From the IMG/VR virus record IMGVR_UViG_3300049489_000400, positions 1 to 64,000 of that record: a stretch of DNA of 64,000 nt. One strand, given 5' to 3'. The notes under the pieces were generated by a model. It saw only the letters and a list, made by a program, of their open reading frames with translations, made no database searches and was not told the origin of the DNA. Of this stretch, positions 9,159 to 17,956 are shown piece by piece. The translations under genes were made by a program, and so were the position numbers. The stretch is from a virus. The first letter of the stretch is position 1. Every line of letters begins with the position of its first letter.

Positions 9159-9776
9159 CTAGAATTTTACTTTCAAACTCTTTTTTAAGGCTTCAATTTT
9201 CTTTGAATCAACTTTACCTTCTGCGCTCTTCTGAAGTGAAATCAACTGACCTACAGCAAAATCAAGTGTTCTTTGAATCTCCATCTTTCTGTTATCGATG
9301 ATACTTTGTTCATCAACGATAATTTTTAATCGGTCTTTGTTACCATCAGATGGCCAAGCTACAAAACCGAACATATCCAAAGTACCAATAACCTCATCGA
9401 ACTGCTTCCAAGACCATTTAGTAGCTTTCTTGATTGAAGATTTATAAACAAAACCTTTATCAAATGCTTCTCCAAATCTAGTTACAAATTCCAAAGCTAA
9501 AGAATGAGCACGTTGTTTATGTCGGTCATCATCTAAGAATGACTCAACTTCTTTCTGACGTTGTTCGCCTACACGATTAGCAACGATTAAATCCATCTCA
9601 TCTTTAGATAGGATAATTAATGAGCAATCCTTCTGAGATTTCATATACTTCGTGATTCGGTCAACTTCTTCTGTTTGACCTAGAAACAGAAATTTTTGCT
9701 TAACCTCTTTTACAATTGGAGCATTATCCTCCTGAGATGTTTCCATCGTTGTCTCTTCGACATCTGAACCTTTCAT
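9159..9776 (-). CDS. Hypothetical protein
   Basis: ORF track; tight packing. Confidence 0.7.
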   Translation of the reverse strand: MKGSDVEETTMETSQEDNAPIVKEVKQKFLFLGQTEEVDRITKYMKSQKDCSLIILSKDEMDLIVANRVGEQRQKEVESFLDDDRHKQRAHSLALEFVTRFGEAFDKGFVYKSSIKKATKWSWKQFDEVIGTLDMFGFVAWPSDGNKDRLKIIVDEQSIIDNRKMEIQRTLDFAVGQLISLQKSAEGKVDSKKIEALKKSLKVKF

Positions 9777-9781
9777 ACAAT

Positions 9782-10408
9782 TTAGAATTGAAATTTTAAA
9801 CGTGATTTTTTGTTTTCGATATTAACTTTGGAAGTTCCTCCAGAACTTCTTAGCTTGCTTGTAAAATACCTGAATAGTTCAGTCGTGGCTATAACATCAT
9901 TCATAGCCTTGTGAGCATCATTTAATTTGATACCAGCTTGCTCGCAGACCTTCTCTAATTTCAAGGAATCAGTATCTGGAAAGCACATCTTAGCTTGAAC
10001 CATAGTACATAATGATGAATCACTTACGAATGAAAATAAATCCTTTTTACAAGACTCAAATAAATAGAATATGAACCCTATATCGAATTGAACATTATGA
10101 CCTACAAGAACAGGTCTGTTCTCTCTTCTATTATTGACTACGTTCTTTTTGAAATACTTCATCAAAACATCGACAGCTTCTTTCTTATCTAAGCCTTTCT
10201 GAATATCAGACATTTTCAATCCAGTAATATTCAATGCATCTTTAGTGATAACTAAATCATCATAAGGCTTTATGTAAGTTTCAAATCTGTCTTTTTCTTC
10301 TAAAGTTTTACCGTCAATTGTAAGAAGTGCTATTTGAGTTATAGGATTTTTTTCATAATCGAAACCTCCTGTCTCACAGTCAAAGATTATAAAATCTGCT
10401 TGCTTCAT
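9782..10408 (-). CDS. DEDDh 3'-5' exonuclease (DnaQ/Pol III epsilon-like)
   Basis: DCETGG, GHNVQFD, AHKAMND motifs. Confidence 0.9.
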   Translation of the reverse strand: MKQADFIIFDCETGGFDYEKNPITQIALLTIDGKTLEEKDRFETYIKPYDDLVITKDALNITGLKMSDIQKGLDKKEAVDVLMKYFKKNVVNNRRENRPVLVGHNVQFDIGFIFYLFESCKKDLFSFVSDSSLCTMVQAKMCFPDTDSLKLEKVCEQAGIKLNDAHKAMNDVIATTELFRYFTSKLRSSGGTSKVNIENKKSRLKFQF

Positions 10409-10647
10409 GCTCTACCTTTACTTTTAATAAGTTTGATCAACTCAACCTTATCTTTTGGAGAATACTTCTTGAAATTCTTTCTTGAAAAAGAACTAATATT
10501 TTGACCTCCGTTGTGATGAACTCTTACGTATTGAGTTCCATCGTATTTTTCGTCTTGTATTTCCATTACGATTTCACCTATCACTAAAGGATTAGGTAAA
10601 TACTTATTCGCACTGTCTACACTAATAACTTCAAGAAATTTAGCCAT
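10405..10647 (-). CDS. Hypothetical protein
   Basis: ORF track; ATGA overlap. Confidence 0.65.
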   Translation of the reverse strand: MAKFLEVISVDSANKYLPNPLVIGEIVMEIQDEKYDGTQYVRVHHNGGQNISSFSRKNFKKYSPKDKVELIKLIKSKGRA

Positions 10648-10662
10648 TTTATTTTTAGATAA

Positions 10663-11172
10663 CTATGATAACTCCTGACGAAGCATAATTACATACTTGC
10701 CTTTGGTAGCAATATTAGCCAAACTATCAACAGATTTTCTGTAGAATCTGTCGTTTAATTTCAATATTCCTAGTTCATAATGTTGCCATTTAGAATCCGA
10801 AATTTGATGAATGTAAGTATCTGCTAATTTCTGAGTAGAAAGAACTCCACTTTCGACAAATCTTTTATGAACAGAATATCTATATCCTGGCTTATCATCA
10901 GGCTTTATTTCATAATAAGGATAACCAGCAACAGACGATATTTCACCATCTTCCCACTTCTGATCCATATAATACCTTACTCTTGACCCGATAACCACTT
11001 CTCCAGTCTGTTTCATCATGTCTGCGGTACTTCCTGAGAAAAGAACTTCACGAACTCCAGCCTCATTTATTAAAGTAAGCTGTTTTTGGTATTTCTTTTT
11101 ATCATCAAAAAGCAATACAGAATACAAAAATCCGTCCTTTTTATTTGTCTCGATGTAGTTCAAATTGTTCAT
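10663..11172 (-). CDS. Hypothetical protein
   Basis: ORF track. Confidence 0.65.
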   Translation of the reverse strand: MNNLNYIETNKKDGFLYSVLLFDDKKKYQKQLTLINEAGVREVLFSGSTADMMKQTGEVVIGSRVRYYMDQKWEDGEISSVAGYPYYEIKPDDKPGYRYSVHKRFVESGVLSTQKLADTYIHQISDSKWQHYELGILKLNDRFYRKSVDSLANIATKGKYVIMLRQELS

Positions 11173-11173
11173 A

Positions 11174-11380
11174 TTAATCTATTTTTAAGATACAAGAAGG
11201 GTGTAGCAATAAGCAAGTCCCATCTTCTTTCTTTATTAAATAGTTGTCATTTGATATTACATCACCATTATGAACAATACTGACTAAAACTTTATCCACA
11301 ACTTCACCTTTAGCTTCTTTCGATTGCTCATTTGAACCGTCAGATTCTACAAATCTAACTAACACATTTCTTCCTATCAT
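11174..11380 (-). CDS. Hypothetical protein
   Basis: ORF track. Confidence 0.6.
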   Translation of the reverse strand: MIGRNVLVRFVESDGSNEQSKEAKGEVVDKVLVSIVHNGDVISNDNYLIKKEDGTCLLLHPSCILKID

Positions 11381-11399
11381 AACAATAATTTTTGAAAAT

Positions 11400-11428
11400 A
11401 AAAAACCCTCTACTTTTTAGCAGAGGGT
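11400..11428 (-). terminator. Intrinsic terminator
   Basis: ACCCTCT...AGAGGGT hairpin plus T6 on the minus strand. Confidence 0.75.
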
Positions 11429-11451
11429 CTCCAACCTATGAACAACCAGAA

Positions 11452-11649
11452 TTACTCCCAACCAGTTCCTTTTTTCGCATCTTTGTTTTTCAATGCTTCT
11501 TTCACTTTCGCTTCTCCCATTACAGCAGACATTTTAGTCCCATCTGATCCAGTTCCACTTGCGAAATAACGATTTCCGTTTTTGTTGATAACAACATCTT
11601 TCATCGCTTCTTTTTTCTTCAACTTTACGTTGTAACCTTCGATAGCCAT
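11452..11649 (-). CDS. Small basic protein, DUF5679-like (Cys-less variant), possible DNA-binding protein
   Basis: 'GYNVKLKKKEAMKD...NGNRYFASGTGSDGTKM' follows the AYCVKC...NGR...GxCxxCGTKM pattern but without cysteines. Confidence 0.55.
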   Translation of the reverse strand: MAIEGYNVKLKKKEAMKDVVINKNGNRYFASGTGSDGTKMSAVMGEAKVKEALKNKDAKKGTGWE

Positions 11650-11699
11650 AACTACTTGTTTTTATTTGATTATTAATAATACGACTTTAATAAACCCTG

Positions 11700-12146
11700 T
11701 TAATGACTAATAGCAGTCATAGCCATATTAGGATTCGACAACTCAAGATTAGCATCTAAGAAGTCATATAAAATTGGAGAATTTTTCTTCAATTCTAACA
11801 TCTCAGCTTCAGCTATTTCCATAGCTTCTGCTCTCTTCTTATTGATTAACTCTTCTTGCTCTTTTTGATTGTTGATAATTAACGCTTCAGACAATAAAGA
11901 TTCAGCACGGTCTAACTTGTAATTCAAAGTGTTCAAAGTATCGTACTGATGAATATCTAGCATAACACTTACTCTTTCATTTACAGCTGGGTCAGTCATA
12001 CGGACTTGAGCACATAATGCAGACTCAATATCACCTTTACCGAAACCATATGATCTAGTTCCTACTTTTTGAACATTCAATCCGTTCACCTTCAGGTCAT
12101 TTATCCTTTTAAGGATAACCTCTTTTGTTAATTCTTGTTTTTCCAT
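11700..12146 (-). CDS. Hypothetical protein
   Basis: ORF track. Confidence 0.7.
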   Translation of the reverse strand: MEKQELTKEVILKRINDLKVNGLNVQKVGTRSYGFGKGDIESALCAQVRMTDPAVNERVSVMLDIHQYDTLNTLNYKLDRAESLLSEALIINNQKEQEELINKKRAEAMEIAEAEMLELKKNSPILYDFLDANLELSNPNMAMTAISH

Positions 12147-12175
12147 CTTAGATTTTTATAAAGATAGTAACTATG

Positions 12176-12640
12176 TTATTTACCAGTAGAACCGAATCCA
12201 CCTTCACCTCTTGAAGTGTCAGACAACTCTTCTGCTTCTACTGGGTTAGGCAATGCAATAGGAACGATCAACAATTGAGCAACCTTTTCTCCTACAGAAT
12301 AATGATAGTGTTTTTCTTCCTTATCAGCACACATGAATCTTGCTCTGATTTCCCCACGATAGCCTGAGTCAATTACTCCTACCGAATTTTTCAACATCAT
12401 CTGCTTATTAGTTACAGAACTTCTAGGGAAAAGCAATCCTACATATCCTTCAGGAATTTCAACCGCTAATCCTGTTCCGTATTCGATAAATGAAACATCT
12501 CTACTATGCTCTGTTCCATCTTCATTTTTACACATTTCAGCCTTCTGACTAGTGGCAATTAAATCCAAACCAGCATCGGTAGGATTTGCTCTTTGAGGAA
12601 TTACAGCCTCAGGAACTAATTTTTTGAACTTTATCTCCAT
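12176..12640 (-). CDS. dut: dUTPase (trimeric)
   Basis: All five motifs: AGLDL, PRSS, GVIDSGYRGEI, AQL, RGEGGFGSTG. Confidence 0.95.
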   Translation of the reverse strand: MEIKFKKLVPEAVIPQRANPTDAGLDLIATSQKAEMCKNEDGTEHSRDVSFIEYGTGLAVEIPEGYVGLLFPRSSVTNKQMMLKNSVGVIDSGYRGEIRARFMCADKEEKHYHYSVGEKVAQLLIVPIALPNPVEAEELSDTSRGEGGFGSTGK

Positions 12641-12651
12641 TTTTAAAATAA

Positions 12652-12903
12652 TTACAAAAGTGTTATATGTTCGATGTCTTCCAATCTTATCAGCAACTCT
12701 TCAAATCTATCATTTCGATATTGTTCATCGAAATATGTAAATTTGTAAGTTTTGAGATATTGTAAATCATCAAGATTCTTATTAAAATAGATACGATATA
12801 CTAATTTTTGTAAATCGTCATCCCATTCGTCAATCTTCTCAATATCCCCTATTTTGAATACATCAATTACTTTACCTTCAAACTCCAAAAGTGTCTTTGC
12901 CAT
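12652..12903 (-). CDS. Hypothetical protein
   Basis: ORF track. Confidence 0.65.
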   Translation of the reverse strand: MAKTLLEFEGKVIDVFKIGDIEKIDEWDDDLQKLVYRIYFNKNLDDLQYLKTYKFTYFDEQYRNDRFEELLIRLEDIEHITLL

Positions 12904-13039
12904 GATTTCCGTTGTGTTTAATTTCTTCTACCTTTTTACCTGAGAAGTCGTTATCATGATTCTTGTTGAACTTTTCTTGTTCTTTTTTAGCCTTTTCATT
13001 CTTAACGATTTTGCTAGCACCTTTCTTTTCGTAAGCCAT
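12878..13039 (-). CDS. Small charged hypothetical protein (53 aa)
   Basis: Hand translation MAYEKKGASKIVKNEKAKKEQEKF...GKDTFGV; fills the gap. Confidence 0.55.
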   Translation of the reverse strand: MAYEKKGASKIVKNEKAKKEQEKFNKNHDNDFSGKKVEEIKHNGNHGKDTFGV

Positions 13040-13044
13040 AATAT

Positions 13045-13689
13045 TTACCAATTAGTTTTTATCTTCACTACCGATGGTTCTTCAGGTTGACTCTTTGCCC
13101 ACTCTGACTCATACTCAAATTTATAACCATTGCAAGATTTCTTTGAACCGCTTAAACATTGAAGAATATCAGGTATATCGCATTCCAACACTGATGAAGC
13201 AACTTCTAAACAAGAAAATGAATATACAAATCCACTATCACTTCTCATGCTAGGTATTTCTGATATCAACCTTTTGTAACTTTCATCTTGCTCTGGGGTA
13301 CGCTCTTTATTCAGCGTCAAATTAGTAAGCTGAATCTCCAGACCTTCTAATTCAAGCAAATCTCTATACGCTACGATATTTTCTTTTTTATTGTAGAAAT
13401 TTTTGATTATGCTGAATGTCTGTTTTATGTATTCAAATTCACACAAAACCTTATCTTGTTTTTCGGATTTCAATTCATGAAAATCCTCTGATGAAATGAA
13501 CCTAAGCAACTTAAACATGTAAGATTCTATGTAACGAATATCAGGAATTGTACCTTGATTTGTTACTAGATCAAGATTCTTCTTTTCTAGTTCTTGAATC
13601 CTACATTCTAATTCGTAATTTTTATTTTCAAGAAAACCCTTTTCTATTTCTAGTTCCTCGATTTTTTGTTTGTATTTTCCGCCAAACAT
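13045..13689 (-). CDS. Coiled-coil protein with C-terminal NUMOD1-like HTH
   Basis: 'FSCLEVASSVLECDIPDILQCLSGSKKSCNGYKFEY' resembles NUMOD1; no nuclease motif seen. Confidence 0.55.
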   Translation of the reverse strand: MFGGKYKQKIEELEIEKGFLENKNYELECRIQELEKKNLDLVTNQGTIPDIRYIESYMFKLLRFISSEDFHELKSEKQDKVLCEFEYIKQTFSIIKNFYNKKENIVAYRDLLELEGLEIQLTNLTLNKERTPEQDESYKRLISEIPSMRSDSGFVYSFSCLEVASSVLECDIPDILQCLSGSKKSCNGYKFEYESEWAKSQPEEPSVVKIKTNW

Positions 13690-13898
13690 TATTCTACAAT
13701 TAAATTGTAACGATTCTCAACGCAAGATTCTTCAAGTTTTTTGAGTTCATCCGAACCTTTTACAGTGAAGCAGAAAAATTTACCACCTTCTTTTGTTTTG
13801 GAAGTCGATACATTTTTTAAGTCAAACTGTTTTAGGAAATTCTTATGCTCTGCTGACTGCGTGAATGAAGTCTCAAGTTTCGCTCTAATCTTGCTCAT
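13689..13898 (-). CDS. Hypothetical protein
   Basis: ORF track. Confidence 0.6.
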   Translation of the reverse strand: MSKIRAKLETSFTQSAEHKNFLKQFDLKNVSTSKTKEGGKFFCFTVKGSDELKKLEESCVENRYNLIVE

Positions 13899-14346
13899 AA
13901 ATTACTACGGTTATATTTAAATCGTTAAACTCTGAAATAAGCATATGTTCTACTTCATCCCAATCTCCACCTCCTATTCCGCAACCAATCAAAGGTATGC
14001 CGATTCTTAGGTCAGAAAATTTCTCTCTTACTCTTAGAAGTACAGATTGTAAGTGAACAAGCTTGAAGTCTGGACCAGGCTTAAACTGAGTATAGGCATT
14101 CATCACCTTTAAATTTGTGTCTGCTTTTGTCTTAACATCTACAACAGTGTAAGAACCTAGTTTATTACAGTCACCTCTTTTTGTCAAGGCATCGATTTTC
14201 TTTGCCTCTGGCCATCTTCGTCCGATTGGATAGGCTATTCCAGCAGCCATAGTCGCAAAGCAATTACAACCGTGGATTATCATATCGAACTCACCATCGT
14301 CTGCTAACTTTATCAAGTCGCCTTTGACGTAATTTAAACTTTCCAT
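13885..14346 (-). CDS. Macro domain (ADP-ribose processing) protein
   Basis: KGDL, HGCNCFATMAAGIA, NAYTQ, PLIGCGIGGGDW. Confidence 0.9.
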   Translation of the reverse strand: MESLNYVKGDLIKLADDGEFDMIIHGCNCFATMAAGIAYPIGRRWPEAKKIDALTKRGDCNKLGSYTVVDVKTKADTNLKVMNAYTQFKPGPDFKLVHLQSVLLRVREKFSDLRIGIPLIGCGIGGGDWDEVEHMLISEFNDLNITVVIYEQD

Positions 14347-14360
14347 CTTAAAAATTTTTG

Positions 14361-14437
14361 TAGTCTTGAGTGGAATCGAACCACCGACCTTTTATGCTAC
14401 CAACATAAACGCTCTAACCAACTGAGCTTCCAAGACC
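14361..14437 (-). tRNA. Atypical tRNA, anticodon GGT (Thr) if functional; no encoded CCA
   Basis: GGTCTTG/CAAGACT acceptor, GCTC-AGTTGGTTA-GAGC D arm, TTTATG-TTGGTAG-CATAAA anticodon arm, GGTGG-TTCGATT-CCACT T arm. Confidence 0.75.
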
Positions 14438-14460
14438 GCCAGAACTAAAGTCGAAAACCT

Positions 14461-14859
14461 TTAGTTCAATCTTTTACCTAAAACATAATAATAGTTATCC
14501 CCATCTGAGGCATTAGGATTCTGCACCCAGATGTATCTGCTATATGTAGTGTCGTTTGCAGAAGACATTTCCCATTCGTCTAAGGAATAATTAACATTAT
14601 TTACAGTAACAATAGCACCTACAGATTCATAGTCAGCACTTGTAACATTCGCTACTTCCAGAGCATTCACCCCATCCCATTCGTAGTTAGCCACAGTTGT
14701 GTCTCCCTGAGAAGAAATACTGATAGTTCCTTTCTCCAGAACGTCCCAATTGCCGTTCAACTCTGTTACCGATTTCGGTGTAGGATTTACATCCTCTTTT
14801 TTACATGACGTAACGAACAACAGTCCGATAATCGCCAACAATCCAAATAACTTTTTCAT
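14461..14859 (-). CDS. Lipoprotein (lipocalin-like), probably surface exposed
   Basis: Signal MKKLFGLLAIIGLLFVTS-C followed by KKED; 'LNGNWDV' lipocalin-like GxW. Confidence 0.75.
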   Translation of the reverse strand: MKKLFGLLAIIGLLFVTSCKKEDVNPTPKSVTELNGNWDVLEKGTISISSQGDTTVANYEWDGVNALEVANVTSADYESVGAIVTVNNVNYSLDEWEMSSANDTTYSRYIWVQNPNASDGDNYYYVLGKRLN

Positions 14860-14883
14860 CTTTTGTTTTTTAAGTTAACTTTG

Positions 14884-15270
14884 TTAATAATTTACTGAAC
14901 AGACCTCCGTATAAAAAGTCTTACTATTGGTCTTATTAATAATTGTAGTGCAAGAATTTGAGAAGTCCCAATCCATAACTCCTACACTTTTTCCGTTATA
15001 CCAAACCGATGCGAAATACGTTCCTTCACCAGTATACAAACCGTAAACTTGATTAACTACACCATTTACGATTAACTCTCCAGTTACTTTATTTCCTGAC
15101 TGTCGGTACCAGAATACCACCCCTTCTGTTTCGAACTTCTTAACAGGAAGTTTAGTATCAGTTACGATATACTGTTTGTAAGTATCAATCATATCTTGTT
15201 CTATTTCGTCATATTGAGAATAAGATACAAAACTTACAGACAAACAGATTAAAAATAACAACTTTTTCAT
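14884..15270 (-). CDS. Secreted/periplasmic hypothetical protein
   Basis: Signal peptide MKKLLFLICLSVSFVSYS-Q (Gln at +1, common in Bacteroidota). Confidence 0.7.
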   Translation of the reverse strand: MKKLLFLICLSVSFVSYSQYDEIEQDMIDTYKQYIVTDTKLPVKKFETEGVVFWYRQSGNKVTGELIVNGVVNQVYGLYTGEGTYFASVWYNGKSVGVMDWDFSNSCTTIINKTNSKTFYTEVCSVNY

Positions 15271-15292
15271 GACTTATCGTTTAATTATGATA

Positions 15293-15343
15293 CTAAGTAA
15301 TAACGAATTTTTTGAATAACAAAATTTTTTACAAATTATTTTG
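15293..15343 (-). promoter_or_regulatory. Class A promoter P3
   Basis: AAAATAATTTGTAAAAAAT-TTTG(15323-15320)-N19-TTACTTAG(15300-15293). Confidence 0.65.
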
Positions 15344-15350
15344 TGTCGAC

Positions 15351-15665
15351 TCAAAAGGAACTATCTTTATATACTTGTATTCCAGAAGACTTAGGATGGA
15401 TTTGTGAGTGTAATATTCCTCCATTTTGCTGTAAGGAATTATTTTGACCCTTTGCGAACCATAAACATGGTCTGAGAATCTCGATGTTGTTCTGCTGAGA
15501 ATATTCAATCTTAGGTTTGTTAAGATAAATTTCCATCATAGATTCTAGGAAAACTCTTCTCAAGCTAGGAAACTCATTTCTAAACTTATTCAGATTCCAT
15601 CTCTTCATGTAATTTTTAGCATGCTTGTCTAGAATCTTTTCAAACACTTCTACTTCTTTCTTCAT
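15351..15665 (-). CDS. Hypothetical protein (3' half may be frameshifted)
   Basis: ATGA overlap at 15665; an alternative open frame continues to 15329. Confidence 0.5.
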   Translation of the reverse strand: MKKEVEVFEKILDKHAKNYMKRWNLNKFRNEFPSLRRVFLESMMEIYLNKPKIEYSQQNNIEILRPCLWFAKGQNNSLQQNGGILHSQIHPKSSGIQVYKDSSF

Positions 15666-16120
15666 AACCAATCAGGTTTATCACGTTTTGTCCAATTTGA
15701 TATAGGCATCTTTTCACCCAAATAATATGCTCGATATGATTCTACAGCTGAGCCTAATTTGTATTGATCAGGCATAGCTAAAGCAAAATCCGTCATTTCT
15801 TTCTTCTCAAAATTAGGCATGTTCTTCAAACAGTATTCGATAACCGCCTTGCTTTTATGTACTTTGTTGTATCTGAAAGTATATTCCTTACATAGAAACA
15901 AACCTAACTTAACAAGCCATAAATAATTCGCTTTACTTTCTCTTGCCCATATTGCGCTAGGGTGATTAACATGAGTACATTTGTACGGTGCTTCACCTCC
16001 GTTAACGATAATTGAAGTACATAACAATTGAGCAGTTTCAAGAATCATCTTTACAACGTGCTTATCGTTGTGCATTTGAGCAGCAATCTTAGGGTTGTTA
16101 TGTAAAACAAATATGTTCAT
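15662..16120 (-). CDS. Pyrimidine-dimer DNA glycosylase / endonuclease V family protein
   Basis: MNIFVL...DKHVVKMILETAQLL...THVNHPSAIW...EYTFRYNKVHKS...SYRAYY. Confidence 0.85.
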   Translation of the reverse strand: MNIFVLHNNPKIAAQMHNDKHVVKMILETAQLLCTSIIVNGGEAPYKCTHVNHPSAIWARESKANYLWLVKLGLFLCKEYTFRYNKVHKSKAVIEYCLKNMPNFEKKEMTDFALAMPDQYKLGSAVESYRAYYLGEKMPISNWTKRDKPDWL

Positions 16121-16136
16121 ACCTTATATAACTTTG

Positions 16137-16397
16137 TTATTTTACAAGATGATCATACCCCATACGTTTGTAAATCTCCATATTGGCGTCAAATGCTCCT
16201 TTGCATCTGTTATTCGCTTTTCTATTCTCACCTTCTGTTCCATGACAGATTTGATGAGCCTTGAATAATGTTCTTTGTTGAACTTCTGCGGCTAAAGTAG
16301 GATTCAACTGACGTCCGTTCTCGTCAGGCTTGAAAGGACAAGTCTTACAGTAATTCTTCATTACTGGTAACTCGTGAGCAGGTACTTTAGTCTTCAT
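16137..16397 (-). CDS. Small Cys/His zinc-binding hypothetical protein
   Basis: CKTCPF...CH...CKGA pattern. Confidence 0.65.
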   Translation of the reverse strand: MKTKVPAHELPVMKNYCKTCPFKPDENGRQLNPTLAAEVQQRTLFKAHQICHGTEGENRKANNRCKGAFDANMEIYKRMGYDHLVK

Positions 16398-17070
16398 CCT
16401 CTTCAGATTCCTTTTCTTCTTTCGGTTGTTGTTTGTCTAAAAATCCTTTCCAATCGAACTGACCCGACATGACTTGTTCTACATCGATAGCAACCCATCC
16501 TTTTCTTTTAGACACTTCTGTAAAGTCGTAATCAAAATTGTCTATTTCAACAAGACATTTTTCGATGAACTTTAACTCGGTCTCAACTTGAATTTTTACA
16601 TTACCAATATGCTCTAATTTAGATTGTAGAATCTTAGCCATGATATTCTCTTTACCATTCTTCGATTTACAACGCTCAATAGCATGTTCATAATGAGCTT
16701 TCTTCTCAAGCAACTCGTGTATGTTTTTCTTGCCGATTCTGATCAAACCTCTGATATGCTCTTTCGCTTCTTTCATCAAATCGAAATTCAAATCTTTAGC
16801 GTTTTCAATCAAAGGAATAATTTGACTAGCAACAAATCCAAAGAATTGTTCTTCAAATCCTCGTTCTTTTTCCGTCTCACCAGTTGAGTCGTATTTCGCT
16901 CTCCTTTCGGTATCTGATAGGACGTCATAAGCCATCTGTATTCTGCTGAACTCTTCTTTGCTACCGCCTTTATCTGGGTGGTGAATCTTAGCCAGATTTC
17001 GGTATGCTGCTTTGATTTCCTCTGGAGTACTGTTTTTATGAACTCCTAATATGTCGTACAAATTATTCAT
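16387..17070 (-). CDS. J-domain (DnaJ-like) protein
   Basis: LYDILGV...IKAAYRNLAKIHHPDKGG...AYDVLSD. Confidence 0.9.
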   Translation of the reverse strand: MNNLYDILGVHKNSTPEEIKAAYRNLAKIHHPDKGGSKEEFSRIQMAYDVLSDTERRAKYDSTGETEKERGFEEQFFGFVASQIIPLIENAKDLNFDLMKEAKEHIRGLIRIGKKNIHELLEKKAHYEHAIERCKSKNGKENIMAKILQSKLEHIGNVKIQVETELKFIEKCLVEIDNFDYDFTEVSKRKGWVAIDVEQVMSGQFDWKGFLDKQQPKEEKESEEDED

Positions 17071-17180
17071 CTTCTTTTTCTTATTGCGTCACCGATTTCG
17101 TTTATGATGATTATCGACATTATGAATAGACAAAATGTAGTTCCAGGATAATCATATATCGCTTGTAAAATATTTCTCAT
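17067..17180 (-). CDS. Small membrane protein (37 aa)
   Basis: Hand translation MRNILQAIYDYPGTTFCLFIMSIIIINEIGDAIRKRR; ATGA coupling; class B motif 8 nt upstream. Confidence 0.6.
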   Translation of the reverse strand: MRNILQAIYDYPGTTFCLFIMSIIIINEIGDAIRKRR

Positions 17181-17197
17181 AAGTCCTATAACTTTGG

Positions 17198-17596
17198 TTA
17201 TTCGTTTTGTCTGAGTTTATATTCTCTGTATCTTTTACAAGATTCAACAACTTCATTTATTGTATCTTGTAAGTCTAAATATTGCAATCTTTTAACATGA
17301 GCGAAAAATTCAAACGGTGTTCTTAAATATGCCAAATTTGTAACTAGGTCTTTTCGACTTCCAAAGCACCCTCCGTTCTTACTGAATCTATCTTTAGATG
17401 CGTAATGACCTTGAGGAAATTTATGCAAATCAAAATTATTTTCAAGAACCTCTAAACACTTATTCCCTTCTGCATTTGCTTCTTCCAAAGTATCAAAAAC
17501 TCCTATTGTTATTGTTTTAGAAATATAGTCAGAGTCATCTTTATTAGGCTTCTTATCACGATACCTAAATTCTATGTCTACAAGAAATTTCTCCAT
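17198..17596 (-). CDS. Hypothetical protein
   Basis: ORF track. Confidence 0.7.
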   Translation of the reverse strand: MEKFLVDIEFRYRDKKPNKDDSDYISKTITIGVFDTLEEANAEGNKCLEVLENNFDLHKFPQGHYASKDRFSKNGGCFGSRKDLVTNLAYLRTPFEFFAHVKRLQYLDLQDTINEVVESCKRYREYKLRQNE

Positions 17597-17598
17597 AA

Positions 17599-17955
17599 CT
17601 ATTTAAATTTTAGGAATTGAGATGCTCTTGGAGAAGCATCAACCTTTATGTTATGATTCCTTTCAAATCTTCTCAAGAACTGCGCAATCTCATGAATACT
17701 GCTGTCTCCTAATTCAATGAACTTTATGAAATCAGCTTTCCTACCTTGTAAAGATATTACAGCCCAACTAGGTGAATACTTACTATATTCATGAACATCT
17801 ACAGAAACATCGATGTTGCCTAGAACCTCTCTGATCTGAGAAAGATGTATTTTAGCATCTTCGATTCTCTTATCAAGTTCCTTTTCCTTTAGATTCAATC
17901 TGTCGATTTCTTCTTTTAAAGCAAATCTGAATATCTTGCGAATTAACTTTTTCAT
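17599..17955 (-). CDS. Hypothetical protein
   Basis: ORF track. Confidence 0.7.
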   Translation of the reverse strand: MKKLIRKIFRFALKEEIDRLNLKEKELDKRIEDAKIHLSQIREVLGNIDVSVDVHEYSKYSPSWAVISLQGRKADFIKFIELGDSSIHEIAQFLRRFERNHNIKVDASPRASQFLKFK

Positions 17956-17956
17956 A

